Shown: positions 24,154 to 36,606 of the stretch, one piece after another
Layout: each line of letters begins with the position of its first letter
Position numbering within the stretch: the first letter of the stretch is position 1
Assembly (NCBI GenBank): GCA_051453625.1
Contig: JBOZIK010000001.1
Span: forward strand, 19,061,681 to 19,125,680
Reading direction: 5' to 3'
DNA: 64,000 nucleotides
Source of the DNA: Welwitschia mirabilis
Taxonomy: Eukaryota
Made by a program: the position numbers and the translations under genes
The notes under the pieces: generated by a model
Database searches by the model: none
Seen by the model: only the letters and a program-made list of their open reading frames with translations
What the model was told of the DNA's origin: nothing

Positions 24154-26469
24154 AGAAGGATAAGAAAAAGAAGATTTACCTCAAGCATTTTTTGTTTTTT
24201 TGGATCTCCAATTACTCCATTTGCCACATCTGGCGGTAAAGCATGTAACAGTCACCTCAAATTCATTGATTATCATTTTTAATTTCACTATATGGGATCC
24301 TAACTCTCCTTTGTAACATAAAATTTTGAAAAAAACCCTAGAGCATGCCAACTGGAAGTCTTCCTCAAAGTTACCACTCGTGTCATGAAATTCAAAGATC
24401 TAGTCAATGAAGGAATGTTGTATGGTTTAAGCTGTAATAATTAATTCTACTTTTTATGCTTTTTCAATTCGTGTAATGAGGCCTTAAGTCTTAGACGCTA
24501 ATTTAGGCAAAAGATGAGGAAGCCTTTTGTCTTCCTTATTGGTGGATAGATGAGTGGACATAAAAAATAAAGAATAAGGCCTCAAAATAAGGGATTGATA
24601 AGGAAGAATACAACATGGGAAAAAGCATGCTATGGCCTATCCCCACTAGTACAAAAATTTATGAATGTGAGCAAAGGTAGTAGAAAAGCCATTAACCTAT
24701 AAAATATAATCAAAATTATTAACTTCATTACTATAATCATGTTCAAAATCGTGAAGTGTATGGGGTGCCATGTGAGATAGCAAGTCTACACCAAAGCTAG
24801 TGCTTACTTTAACTCAAGAACAAATGTTCATGTATCATTCATACTCATCTGTTCCTTCTTTTGGGTAAGAGTCAATAAGGTGATACATTGGCAATCCTAC
24901 AAGCAAGGAAGTGTTTTGGTTAAAAGGAAAGAGAGAAATTATCATTACAGTAAGTTTGATTAATTTCTTTTGTTGAGTCTCTTGTCTTCCCTATTTTCAT
25001 TTGAAAGAAATGGTTTCTACTATTTGCCCTTTACCTCTTGGATGAAGGATTAGGAAGGAGGAAGGGGCATCATTTCCTCCCTTTTTAAGGAGTGTTCTGA
25101 GCTAGGCAAGTCCATAACTCTTTTTGATGTTCAATTTGAAAGATGCAACCAACAAGAGAAAATACAAAAATCATTGGAATGAGCTGAGAGAAAACTAAAG
25201 ATTTGCAAGAAAAATCTCATTCTTAAAAGAAACACTCCACTATTTAAAGAATAAGCAAGATTACTCTCATCAATACCTTTCCCACTTAAGCCATGCATTG
25301 GACTTTATGAATGAATGAGTGACAACTTTGATGAGTTCCTCACTAAACCCTTATGAAATGGATATTCTTTACTATTTGAGAAGGTTTTATGTCTTGAAAG
25401 GAGAGATTTAAGTTAATGAGAACTCCTCCATATGTGAGATAGCTAGATTCAGAGTTGGATTTAACTCAATCTAACTAGCTTTTGATTTTCACAAAAATAC
25501 TTCTACTACTGAAAGAAACTTCCTTCTCACATGCCAGGATAAGAAGATAAATGACTTATTTTGGAAAATTGATTAAATGAGAGTAACGGAAACTCTAGCA
25601 GACAATTAGATGTTCAAGGGTAGTAAAGTAAGGATTAGGGATATCACTGAAAAGGAATTTTATGGTATGCTTATTAATGGATGCTCCATCGATGAAGTCA
25701 TAAAAGCTTAAATAATAAAAATGAAGTTTCTAAAGTTGATAAGTTGACAATCTTCTTAGCTTTAGGGAACCAAAGGAAAGGCCTAGAACAACTATTATCA
25801 CTTTGGATCTTATTCTAACTTTTCCAAGTCTTTGGTAAAAGAAGGAATGAGTGGATGGATCATAAGCATTGTGGATGTGATTTAATATCATATAAAGTTA
25901 AGGATGCCGAAAGTTAAAATGAAAGGAATAAAAGATCTAAAATATTTGAATCCCAAAATCATCCAAGTTTTACTAGGGTCATTATGTAACAATGTTGTTT
26001 GTAAATTATGAGTGAACCACTTGGTACTAGAAAAATATTTGTGAAAGCCATACCTTCTACAAAATCAGATGGACTTGAAGATGTGAGAAGATGCCAAAGC
26101 AATGGGAAAAAAAAATCAAACTTGTTGACAATAAAAAAGAGGGATAAAAATAAGGTAAAAAGTAAGAAAACTCTATGATTGTAAATGTAAAAAGGATAAA
26201 ATAAAAAGAGGAAACAATGCTAAAGAACAAGAAAGAAAAAAAATCAAAATTTCCATGAAAGAGCACATGAAAATCAAAATGAAAGATAAGTAAAAATGCC
26301 CCATCAAGGCTATATCTATAAGAGGGGTAAAAAATTTATCATGGAACCCACCATGCTAAATTTGAAGTGATAGGAATGTAATACTTGATAGTAATGTTGA
26401 AGTAACTCTTGGAGTGAAACTAACATGACATTTGAAAGGTACACTGATATGATATTCAAAGTAACCTTG

Positions 26470-27960
26470 ACAAGATAAACAAGTCATCTAAAAATCAATA
26501 TAGGACATCAATGCTTTATTGCAAAGTTAATAGTTCATTTAGAATCAACATAGGATTCCAATATTCTCTTTCAAAGTTAGTAATTTAGTTAGAAATTAGT
26601 ATAGGTTACTCAAGTTTTATTCTAGAGTTAACAATTCATTCAAAAATTGTTATAGCATGTTAGTATTCTATTCTACAGTCAATAATTCATCTACAGTTAG
26701 TTTAGGAAACCAATGCATTGTTCGAAAGTTAATAGTTCATTCAAAAATCTATATAAGATTCTATATTTTATTTCAGAATCAATAGTTCATTTAGAAATTA
26801 ACATAGGATATTAGTGTTTGAATTCAAAGATAACCATTGACTTAAAAACTAATACAAAACATTCATATTCCATTCTAAAATAAGAAATACAACTAGAATT
26901 TACTATAGAGTGCTAGGGTTTAGTTTTCAACAAGTTAAAAGATTAAAAAAACCTTAGTACAGGGCTTAACATTTCCATCTAAGGCTAATCTAAGCCTTGG
27001 ATAGAACTGATCTAAATCTTAGTGAGTTATTATAGGCATTAGAGTTTCGTGTAGGATTGATCTAAACCTTGATGAGTTACTATAGGATTGAGGATTCTAT
27101 CTAGAACTGACCTAAAGCTTGATGAGTCACTATAGGATGATAAAGTGCTATCGAGTACTGATTTGGATCTTATGAATTTAAGATAAGGCACTAGGTTTCT
27201 ATTCGGGAGTAATTTAGAACCTCTAGAGTCATTATAGGATACTAGGATTTTATCTAAGACTAATTTAGACCCTTTGGAAGTACTATAAGGCATCAAGATT
27301 TTATTTATAATTGATTTTAATCCTATGTAGTCATCATAAGAGATGAGAGATTTGTTTAGGAGTAATCTAAAGCTTGTGGAATCACTACAAAACACTAAGG
27401 CTCTTTTTAAAACTAATCTAGACCCTATAGACTCACTATAAGGCATCATGGTTCTATTGGAATCTAGTTTATACAGTGAAGTCACTATAAGATATCAAAG
27501 TTCTATCTTGAACTAATATGAACCTCTATCTAGGACTAATGTGGAGCTTGTAGGGAACTAGATTTTATTTAGGATTAATCTAGCATGGATCCTATGGAGT
27601 TACTATAAGGTGAGTTTTGTCTAAGACGGATTTGGGCCTTATGGACTCATGATAAGGCATTAAGGTTTTATCTAAGACTAAAATAAGTCACTATAGTGTG
27701 TAAATGCTTTGAATGGGAAAAATTTAGACCCTGTGGAATCATCATAGAGTAATAGGATTTTGTCAGGGATTGATCCAAAACTTGTGGATTCAATACAAGG
27801 TGTAATGTTATGTTTAGTATTGATCTAAACTCTATGAAGTCACTCTATAACATTATAATTCTATCAATCTAAACATTGTCAAATTACTATAAAGTGCTAT
27901 GGTTCTATTTTGAACTAATCTAGACCCTATGAAATTACTATAGGATGTTAAGGTTCCATT
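26470..27960. repeat. Degenerate ~50-51-bp tandem array in two sub-blocks (~26470-26900 and ~26990-27960)
   Basis: TTCATT recurs every ~50 bp in block 1 and CACTATAGG/CTAATCTAGA every 51 bp in block 2. ORF 27039-27485 shows a 17-aa period. Confidence 0.85.
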
Positions 27961-28099
27961 TAGAATTTAGTGTGGCTCTAAAGAAATCCCTCATTTAATG
28001 CTTAAAATATGTTTTTTTAAAAATAAATTTTTTCACATTTAGTGAAATATAGAAGGATTAAATCATATACCTTTAGCTCTTTAGTGATTTCAAGGGAAG

Positions 28100-30172
28100 G
28101 ATGATAATTCTTAATTATTCTTTTAGGTAAAGAATATTTTCTTTGATTAGCAAAAGATGCCTAAGAATAGTTAAATAATTCTCAATAATGAAATCGTTGT
28201 TTAACTAATTTAGACTTTATAAATATAGAAAAAAGACTCAGATGAAGATGACACCTTGATGAGATGCACGATGCTAAGACATGGAAGATCATGCAAAGAA
28301 TCATCGTAGTGCTCAAAAGAAAAGCATTAAGGAAGTTCATAGAGAACTATATCAATTACATAGATGTTAAGATCTCTTATTAGTGACTAAATGATAAGTT
28401 GAATTCTATCTTACTGTAAAGGAAGTACATGGAAAATTTATTCAAATATTTTAAGTAGAATTTCACAAGTAGGCCAAAAATAAAAGGATCACACCTCTAA
28501 AGCAACATTCTACTCATGCTTTAGTAAACACCTCAAGCTATCAAGAACATCAAATTGTGAGTATGAGGGTGGAAGACCACATCCAAAGTTACCAAAAGAC
28601 ATAATAAGTTCATCAAATGAAGAATGAAATTTACAATGACATGCGAAAAAAATCTAGATTAAGATGTAGTCTAAAGCTACAAGACCATTTGAAGAAGTAT
28701 CGGAAAGGTTATAGTATATTAAAAATCATTTTTTACTTTAAAATGTTGATAATGCCAAGTACAATAAATACACAACAATGTTTGTTCTAAGTGATGCAAC
28801 TACATGATGAAGCTATTTCTGGTTATGAATGGATGAATGGGTTAAGTAAAACAACTTTAAGAAAGAGTTTCAAAAGGAATTTATTTCTCATTGCTTTGTT
28901 AAAATCAAGTAAATGTACTTTAGATGCCTCTAATTAGGAAAAAGAAGCCTAGATAAGCATTAGGAGAAGCTTTAAGAGTTGGTCAAATATCAAAATTTAA
29001 CAAAAAGAGTTAGCTAATGATTTTATAGGAACCCTAAACTAAGATTGATGGACCTAGTCTATCCACTTAAATATAAGTCTTCATAAGAAACCTATCAAAA
29101 GAGAAAATATTATATGCAGGGAGAATAACTAGTCATGATGAATGTTCAATTTGTAGATAACTTTGAAAAATAACTATAGCCACAACACCTTTAGTAAAAT
29201 CGATTCCTTGTAATTTGCAATAATTATAAAAACAAGGGCCATATAGTAAAGAACTATCCAAGGAAAAAAAGAGGCAAATACTAGTAACTGAACACTGCAA
29301 GTAATGTAGGATCAATAACAAACTAGAAAAATGCTGGTTATAGCCATTTACTTTGGTTTTGTTAAAAAGCATGTTTTTGTTATTAAGATTAAAGGTCCTT
29401 TAAAACACAAACTATCTTTTTCCTTAATGGATGATAGTACTAATCATAATTTCATTTCACCAAGAATTATTAAATATTTTAAGAATGAAATTACTACGGA
29501 AGCAAGTTCTAAATTTGAAATACTAGGATGTAAAGCAATTAGTTAAATGTATTATTATACTAATTTAAACATAAAAATTGTAGAATTACAATTTTAAGAT
29601 AAATTTTACACTTTAAATATTGGTAAATATTATGTGATCTTAAATATATTACCCTTGAATAAATATAATGTAGGGAATCCTTCAAAATGATATTCTCTTT
29701 ATTCCCACAACTCCATCTAGAGGCAAAATCTTAAATAGTAAGAAAAGAAGTAAATATCTTCTATACATGATTTAAAAAAGAAATAAGAAGAACATAAATA
29801 CATTCGAATTGTTTTATACATAAGTAAAAGATGAAGAAAAATAAAAATTAATTAAAGAACTATTGGTGTTCACAAATGTTTTAGGAAGAAACATTTAGAT
29901 TTTCATAGAAAATAAAAGTGGAACATGCCATAAACCTAATTTATAGAGCTTAATCAATATCCTGAGCATCTCACTAATTCTTGGTTTTCAAATTGAGGGC
30001 ATTAATGTTGCAAATTTAAGAATAATAAAAGGCAAAAAAAAATCAAATGAATTGTGTTACCATGAGAAGCCCTAGTGATAAATATTGATTACATAGATTA
30101 TGCATTAATTACTAACAATTGAATAAAGTAACTATAAAGAATAATTATTCCTTAACAAGACTTAACGATCTA
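28100..30172 (+). mobile_element. Ty3/gypsy chromovirus-type relic, 5' part (gag, protease, RT start)
   Basis: LMDDSTNHNFISP (=LIDSGSTHNFIS) near 29425; IDY..LNKVTIKNNYSLTRLNDL ends at the insertion site. Left boundary approximate. Confidence 0.8.
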
Positions 30173-33100
30173 TGTTTGCATGACAAAAATGACATTGTAT
30201 GCAAATTAATGATCAATTTAGCATAGGAAGAAACATTAAAACACATTGTTTTATCACATATTAATGTATTTTTGCCTTTTTATTGATTTTCACAAAATTA
30301 TGAATTTTTGTTTAACATTAGCAAATTTATTGCTAGCTTCCGAAGAACACTTCCAAACCTTAATCAATTCTAGCACTAAGTTCTAATGCTACTGTCTAGG
30401 ACTACTGACACCATTGGCCCTTTAAGGCAAAACATCATAAAACTCATGTTCGTTCACCTTTTGGAAGAATTAAATTCATTTCATTTATGGACTTAGTCAG
30501 ATAATAAATTAAATTCAACATTAATTCTGGTGACACTTGGTGAAAGTACAAATAGACACATCGCAGTGATATGTGGCATAATGAGGATGATCGAGACGAA
30601 GATACATGACATGGCATCCATTAGTAGCATCATTAGTAGTCAAAGGACATGTCATCGCCATGTTTGCATAAGAAGATAAAGCACATTTATTTATGGCTAC
30701 ATGCAAAATACAATTATAACTCCCTCCTTATGTAACTACAATTAAATAACCCACCTTTATAATCACCACCTAACACATAATGATAATACCTAATGTAATA
30801 ATAATGTAACTCCCCAAGCCTTCAGTCATCTACAAAAGGCCTTAAGCCCTTATTGTAAACATCTTTTGGTTGGCTTAACATGGGAAAGACTTGGAGGCTA
30901 GGATGTCATAGTGCTTTGATACCTTTTTTGGTGGTAGAATGATTCGAGGCTAGTTGAGGAGTCTTTCTCCTTTACCATTCTCTCATGATGTAATGTATAT
31001 TTCTTTCGGTTTTAATAAAAGAATTAGTCTGAATGTTTTCATTGTTATTACATATTTCATTTGGCATTAGCAATATTTAGATAGGATTAATTCTAGAATT
31101 AGTTTAAACTATTTAATGATTATTGTATATTAATTTGGTATTAACAATATTTAGATATAACTAATTCTCAATGTGTTTCATACTTTCATTTTTATTGCAC
31201 ATTAACTTAGCATTAGCAATTTTTATTTGGATTTCACTTGATTTTTAAGTTTCAAGATACAGGAATCACTGGAGTAAAGGTAAAGTGAAGGATGAATTAA
31301 TAGATCCTTGGAGTATTTCTATTTCTTTTTATCCTTAATCGAAGATTAAATTTTCTCTAAACTTGTAATTTTTCTTTTGTTTGATTTTTTATTATAATTA
31401 GAATTAATCTATTTTGTCTTAATTATATTTACCTCATATATCCCTATGAAAGAATGATTCTGAGTGTAAACTTAGATAAATTCAGATTACTACAAAGCTA
31501 TGATTAGATTTTTATGCTATCGCTGGTGATATATTTACATGGTAATTTTTCAAAAGTACATAATTTTCTTTTTGTAATTTCTTAGTTAGTTTTTCTTTTT
31601 CTAGTGGTGGAAACTATTCCTTCTTTCAATGATACCTGAACTGGTCCTTTTTGTTTTTCTTTTTAGTATTATTTTCTTTTCCTTCCAATGTTAGCTACTG
31701 GTCTATTTCTAGTAAAATCTAGATTGATTCAAATTGTTGAGTTTGGTTATATTTTCTAACATCTGAAACTCATTTTTATATATAATATTTTGAGTTGCAA
31801 GTCTAATGACTTTGTTGCAGGTGCAATCGAATCAAAGATTGTGATTAAACTAAATTAACAATTTGTTTTATGTATTTTATGTTTTTTAGAGTTTTGTAAA
31901 TTTTGTGTAAATTTTTCATTTTTATTCTTATTAGAAATTATAAGAAAATTAAAAACATTTAAGGATTATTTCTTAAATTGAAGTTAATTCAAGTTGTTGT
32001 TAATTATTTTTCATGCTAAGATTTTCTATGACCCTGTAACATGAATAAGTTTGTATAGCTCAGAACATAACCTCTATGTTTTTCTGAGTCATTTCTCTAA
32101 AATATACTAGTGTCCTCACCTTTTTTATTTTTTACTCATATTTTTATTTTAACCTCTCTTGGACTTCTTAAACCTTCTCTGCTTGCAGGATTCCTCTGAA
32201 AATAAAAATAATGAGAAAAATGTGAACTTTTAGTCAAAACTGTTACTTGTTTTTTAAAATTTTGATAATGAGTTGGGCTCATAATCCATTTCAAACACCT
32301 CTTGTTATTCAACCTGTCTATCCCTATAATCTTTAGAACCATCATTAATCTAAATGAATCACAGGAGACTTCATACAACTTAGACAGACCTTTGAAGAGT
32401 GTCCTTAACCCTATCCATATCATGAACAACCTCCTTATAGCTTTGAATCCCAAAATCCTTATGCTAACTCATAGGAGTTTAATCCCATGCCTGTCATTGC
32501 CTCTCATAATCCATATTTGTCAATATCATATTCATCATCCTTTGATCCTTACCCTTTATCATCGTATTCATATTTATCTTTTCATGAATACCCTTCATCT
32601 TTTCTTCCATATTCTTCATCAATTAAACAAACCCTTCATTTTCCAGAAATTAACAACCCTCTTTAAATTATTTGGAAGACATCTTTACAAGATTCATGGA
32701 ATTCCAAATGAAAATAAACTAAAGGCTTGAGCAAAAAATCCAACAATTAAATCAAGTCACTACTCAAACCCTTAGTACCCTTAACCAACAACAAGAAGAA
32801 TAAAACCTTTTTACATTCTATAAACCTATAAACCTAGAAAACTTTAAAAAGTTAATGAGACTAAAGTGACAATATATAAATCCTATCCCTTAGGAATGAG
32901 AAATAAGCCCCCAACAAAACCAATGCAAACATCCAAGAGGATCCTAAGTTTAGACATGCCTTAGAGAGTGAACAATTACATGTAAATAGGCTATACTTTG
33001 GGGTAAGATTATATACTTCAGATGATAATGAACAATCCATAAGAAGTGAATGAACATTAGAGGGAGAAGAAAAATTATAATGTTACATAACGGATGATGA

Positions 33101-36100
33101 ATCCATGGGTGACATTGATAAGAGAATGATATTAACTTCTTTGAACCTCAACTTATGTTACCTGTGCATCTTCTTAAGGAAGAATTCTTTATGAATCTTA
33201 ACGAAGATAAGAACATTAACTAAGCGCCTTTTTATGATCCACTCTTTAAGTAATCTTTTTAGCAATAATATCTTAAATTCATTATGACATGTTTATCCTT
33301 ATCTTTGAGCAATAATTAAACCTTCATGATGAAGACAAACCCTTTATGCCTTTGGAACCATCTTCTAATACCTTTCTCGATGATCAATCATGATTTCTAA
33401 TTCACCTTTGTCTTCACCCAAAAATGATGCCTTGCATGAGTTGTTGAGCAAGTAAAAACAAGCTAAGAGTTGGAAAATTTTTGATTTTAAAAATATTAAT
33501 TTTATTATTAGTATAGATATTTTTCAAAATTTTAAGAATTCATGTATAAATGTTTATAAGAATTTCCTTTCATCGTTGAATGCTTTGTCTAATTTTGATT
33601 CATCATTCAACCTTAACATTCATGTTGAATCATTACATATGCAATACCTTGGGAAAAGCCTTGCAAAAGTTTTAGCTTCATTGTGATGTTAAGTTAGATT
33701 TTATTTTAGTATAGATTTTTGTTTTAAAATAAATTTTGATTTGAAAAAGTTAAAAATGTTGAAAACTTTTGTGCTTGACATCCTTTCATGCCTTAAACTA
33801 CCCAACCACTTCTGCCTGTATAATCAGTGTCTTAAACATTTACAAGTAGAAAACCCTAAATACCACCCACTCCACTGAATAAATCATCATCACCTTAAAG
33901 CCCATTTAATCCACTTTTACTATCCTGAATAAAATCCACCAACTACTCTTCCTTTCAATCCATTCATGAATACTTTAGATTAGATGATCATACTTGATGG
34001 TACCTAACTGAATAAACTTTTAATTCATGATTAAATTATTATTATAAATTAGGTAGAATTTAAGTTTGCTTGTAGTTTTTCAAGAAGAAGTTTTCTTTAT
34101 TTTTGAGTTAACTTATTAAGGTTTAGTTTTACTTAGGATCTTTTAATGGGAAAATACGGTTGAATTAAGGTGGAATCTACTTTCATGTTAAGCAAATTAT
34201 TTTGAAGCATTTTATGAGAACAAGATTTGTCTTGATTAGGCTAACAATTCAATGAATCCTTTATGTGCATTAAAAATTATCAAATATGAGAAGGATGATT
34301 AAAATAAAAATAAAAACGTCTCCTCTTCAAAAGAATATTATTTTATCATGAATTAAAATTTAGTTTAGTTAACTACATTGATGCTATGAACGCTTATGGA
34401 TAATGCAACTCTAATGATTTAATTTATGACATGTTCAACTACATCAGTGCTATAAATGCTCATTGGCAATGCAAGACTAACTCCTTCATTCATTAACATG
34501 CTTAACTTTATTGGAAGAAGATATCATAACATTAGATGTCCAATTAGATCAAAATACTTGAAACAAGGAATAACACATGATCGTAGAAAAGGTAAATTGG
34601 AATGAAAAGGTGGAGTTGGGAGATGCCTTTTGCAATTAGTTTTCTTTATCTTATATACTTGGAAATTTTGCTTAACTAATTTTTAATTACTTGCAAGTTT
34701 ATTTAGAGGATATCTTATTTGTATGACATTATGACACATTTAAATTTAAAATAAAATGCATAAAATTTTGAATATCTATGGCCATTAACTTAGGTATATC
34801 TTTTGAATTCGTAGATTATGGATTTTCATTAAGTTTTATGTTTTGTGTTCCTTAAAAATTGCATTTTAGGTTAAGCCTTGTATTGTATTGTTTTCTCTAT
34901 TAGCATATATCAAATCATTCACTAGCAACATAAATGACTTATGTCCAAAAGCCTTGCATAAAATTTCCTATCTTTCTAACTTTGAGAATAATATTTAATT
35001 TTGCTCAAGGGTACAACATCTACTTTAAAAAAAAATTAATGCCTTATTTATTAAAAAATTATCAAAATTTTCAAAAATGTCATATCATTTCCTCACTTGC
35101 CATTTTCACTTAATTCAATTTTTCCGTGTCATCATTTCTTCATCAACTTCTTACTAACGAACTTGCAAAAGAATAGTTAGTGGGTGTATTTGCATGAAAA
35201 AATTGAAATTCTATGCAAGTTAATTGATCAATTTAGCATAATAAAAAACATTAAAAGACATTATTTTATTACATAGTAATGTATTCTACCCTTTTTATTT
35301 ATTTTCATGAAATTATGAATTTTCCCTTAACATTAACAAGTTTGTTACTGGCTTTTGAAGAACACTTCCAAATCTTAAGTAATTCTAGAACCAAATGCTG
35401 ATGTCACCATCCAGGACTACCAACGTCATTTGCCTTTTGAGGTAAAACATTACAAAACTCATCTTTCCATATCTTCTTAGGGAATTAAATCCATTTTACT
35501 TATGGGCTTAGTTGGATAATAAATTAGATTTAACCTTAATTCTAATGACACTTAATAAAGTACAAATCGACACATCAGAGTGACATGTGCCATAATAAGG
35601 ATGATCAAGATAAAGATATATGAAATGACATCCATTGACAACATCATCAACAGTCAAATGATACATCATCAGCATGTTTACATAGGAAGATAAACCATTT
35701 TGTTTGTGGCTACATGTCAAACACATTGTAATCCCCTACTTATGTAACCATCCTTAAGTAACCCCCTTATGTAACTANNNNNNNNNNNNNNNNNNNNNNN
35801 NNNNNNNNNNNNNNNNNNNNNNNNNNNNNNNNNNNNNNNNNNNNNNNNNNNNNNNNNNNNNNNNNNNNNNNNNNNNNATGTAACTACCACCTAATACATA
35901 ATAATAACATCTAATGTAATCACAACATAACTTTTCAAACATTTCCTCATCTAAAAAAGGGCCTTGAGCCCTTATTGTAAACATATTTTAGTTGGCTTAA
36001 TGTGAAGAAGACCTAAAGGCTAGGATGTCATGGCACTTTAATACCTTTCTTTGGGGCAGAAAGATCTGAGACTAGTTGAAGAGTCTTTCTCCTTCATCCT

Positions 36101-36606
36101 TCTCTCATAATGTAATGTATATTTCTTTTAGTTTTAATAAAAGAATTAGTTAAAATCCTTTCATTGTTATTACACATTTCATTTTGCATTAGCAATATTT
36201 AGGTAGGATTAATTCTAGAATTAGTTTAAACTCTTTAATTGTTATTACACATTGATCTGAAACTAGTAATATTTAGATAGAGCTAATTCTAAGTGTGTTT
36301 CATACTTTCATCATTATTGTGCATTAACTTTGCAGTAGCAATTTTTGGGTGAAGCTCACTTGACCTTCAAGTTTCAAGATACAAAGTGAAGGATGAATTG
36401 CTAGATCCTTAAAGCATTTTCATTCCCTTTTGTTACTAATCGAATATTAATTTTTCTCTAAACTTTTGATTTTTCTTTTATCTGATTTTTCATTTTAACT
36501 AGAATTGATCTTAGTTCTCTTGATTAGATTTACCTCATATATCCTTGTCGAAGAATGATTCTAAGTAAAACTTAAATAATTCTAAACTACTACAGAGCTA
36601 TGACTG
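30173..36606 (+). mobile_element. Athila-like non-autonomous LTR element (LTRs 30173-31506 and 35187-36606), TSD ATCTA
   Basis: Long colinear direct repeats. ATCTA at 30168-30172 and 36607-36611. PBS-like TTTTATGCTATCGCTGG after LTR1, Athila-type 3' tail ACTTGCAAAAGAATAGTTAGTGGG before LTR2. The internal region has only a decayed Pro/Ser-rich ORF and no pol motifs. Confidence 0.85.

Noticed and set aside
23300-26400. Possible further retroelement remnants (minus-strand PBS-like GGCTCTGATAC at ~23911; gag-like purine-rich stretches)
   Set aside because: Too degenerate to delimit or classify from sequence alone
26470-27960. CRISPR-like regular spacing; 148-aa ORF 27039-27485 as a gene
   Set aside because: Whole units are homologous, with no unique spacers and no cas genes, in a eukaryotic context. 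The ORF follows from a unit length divisible by 3.
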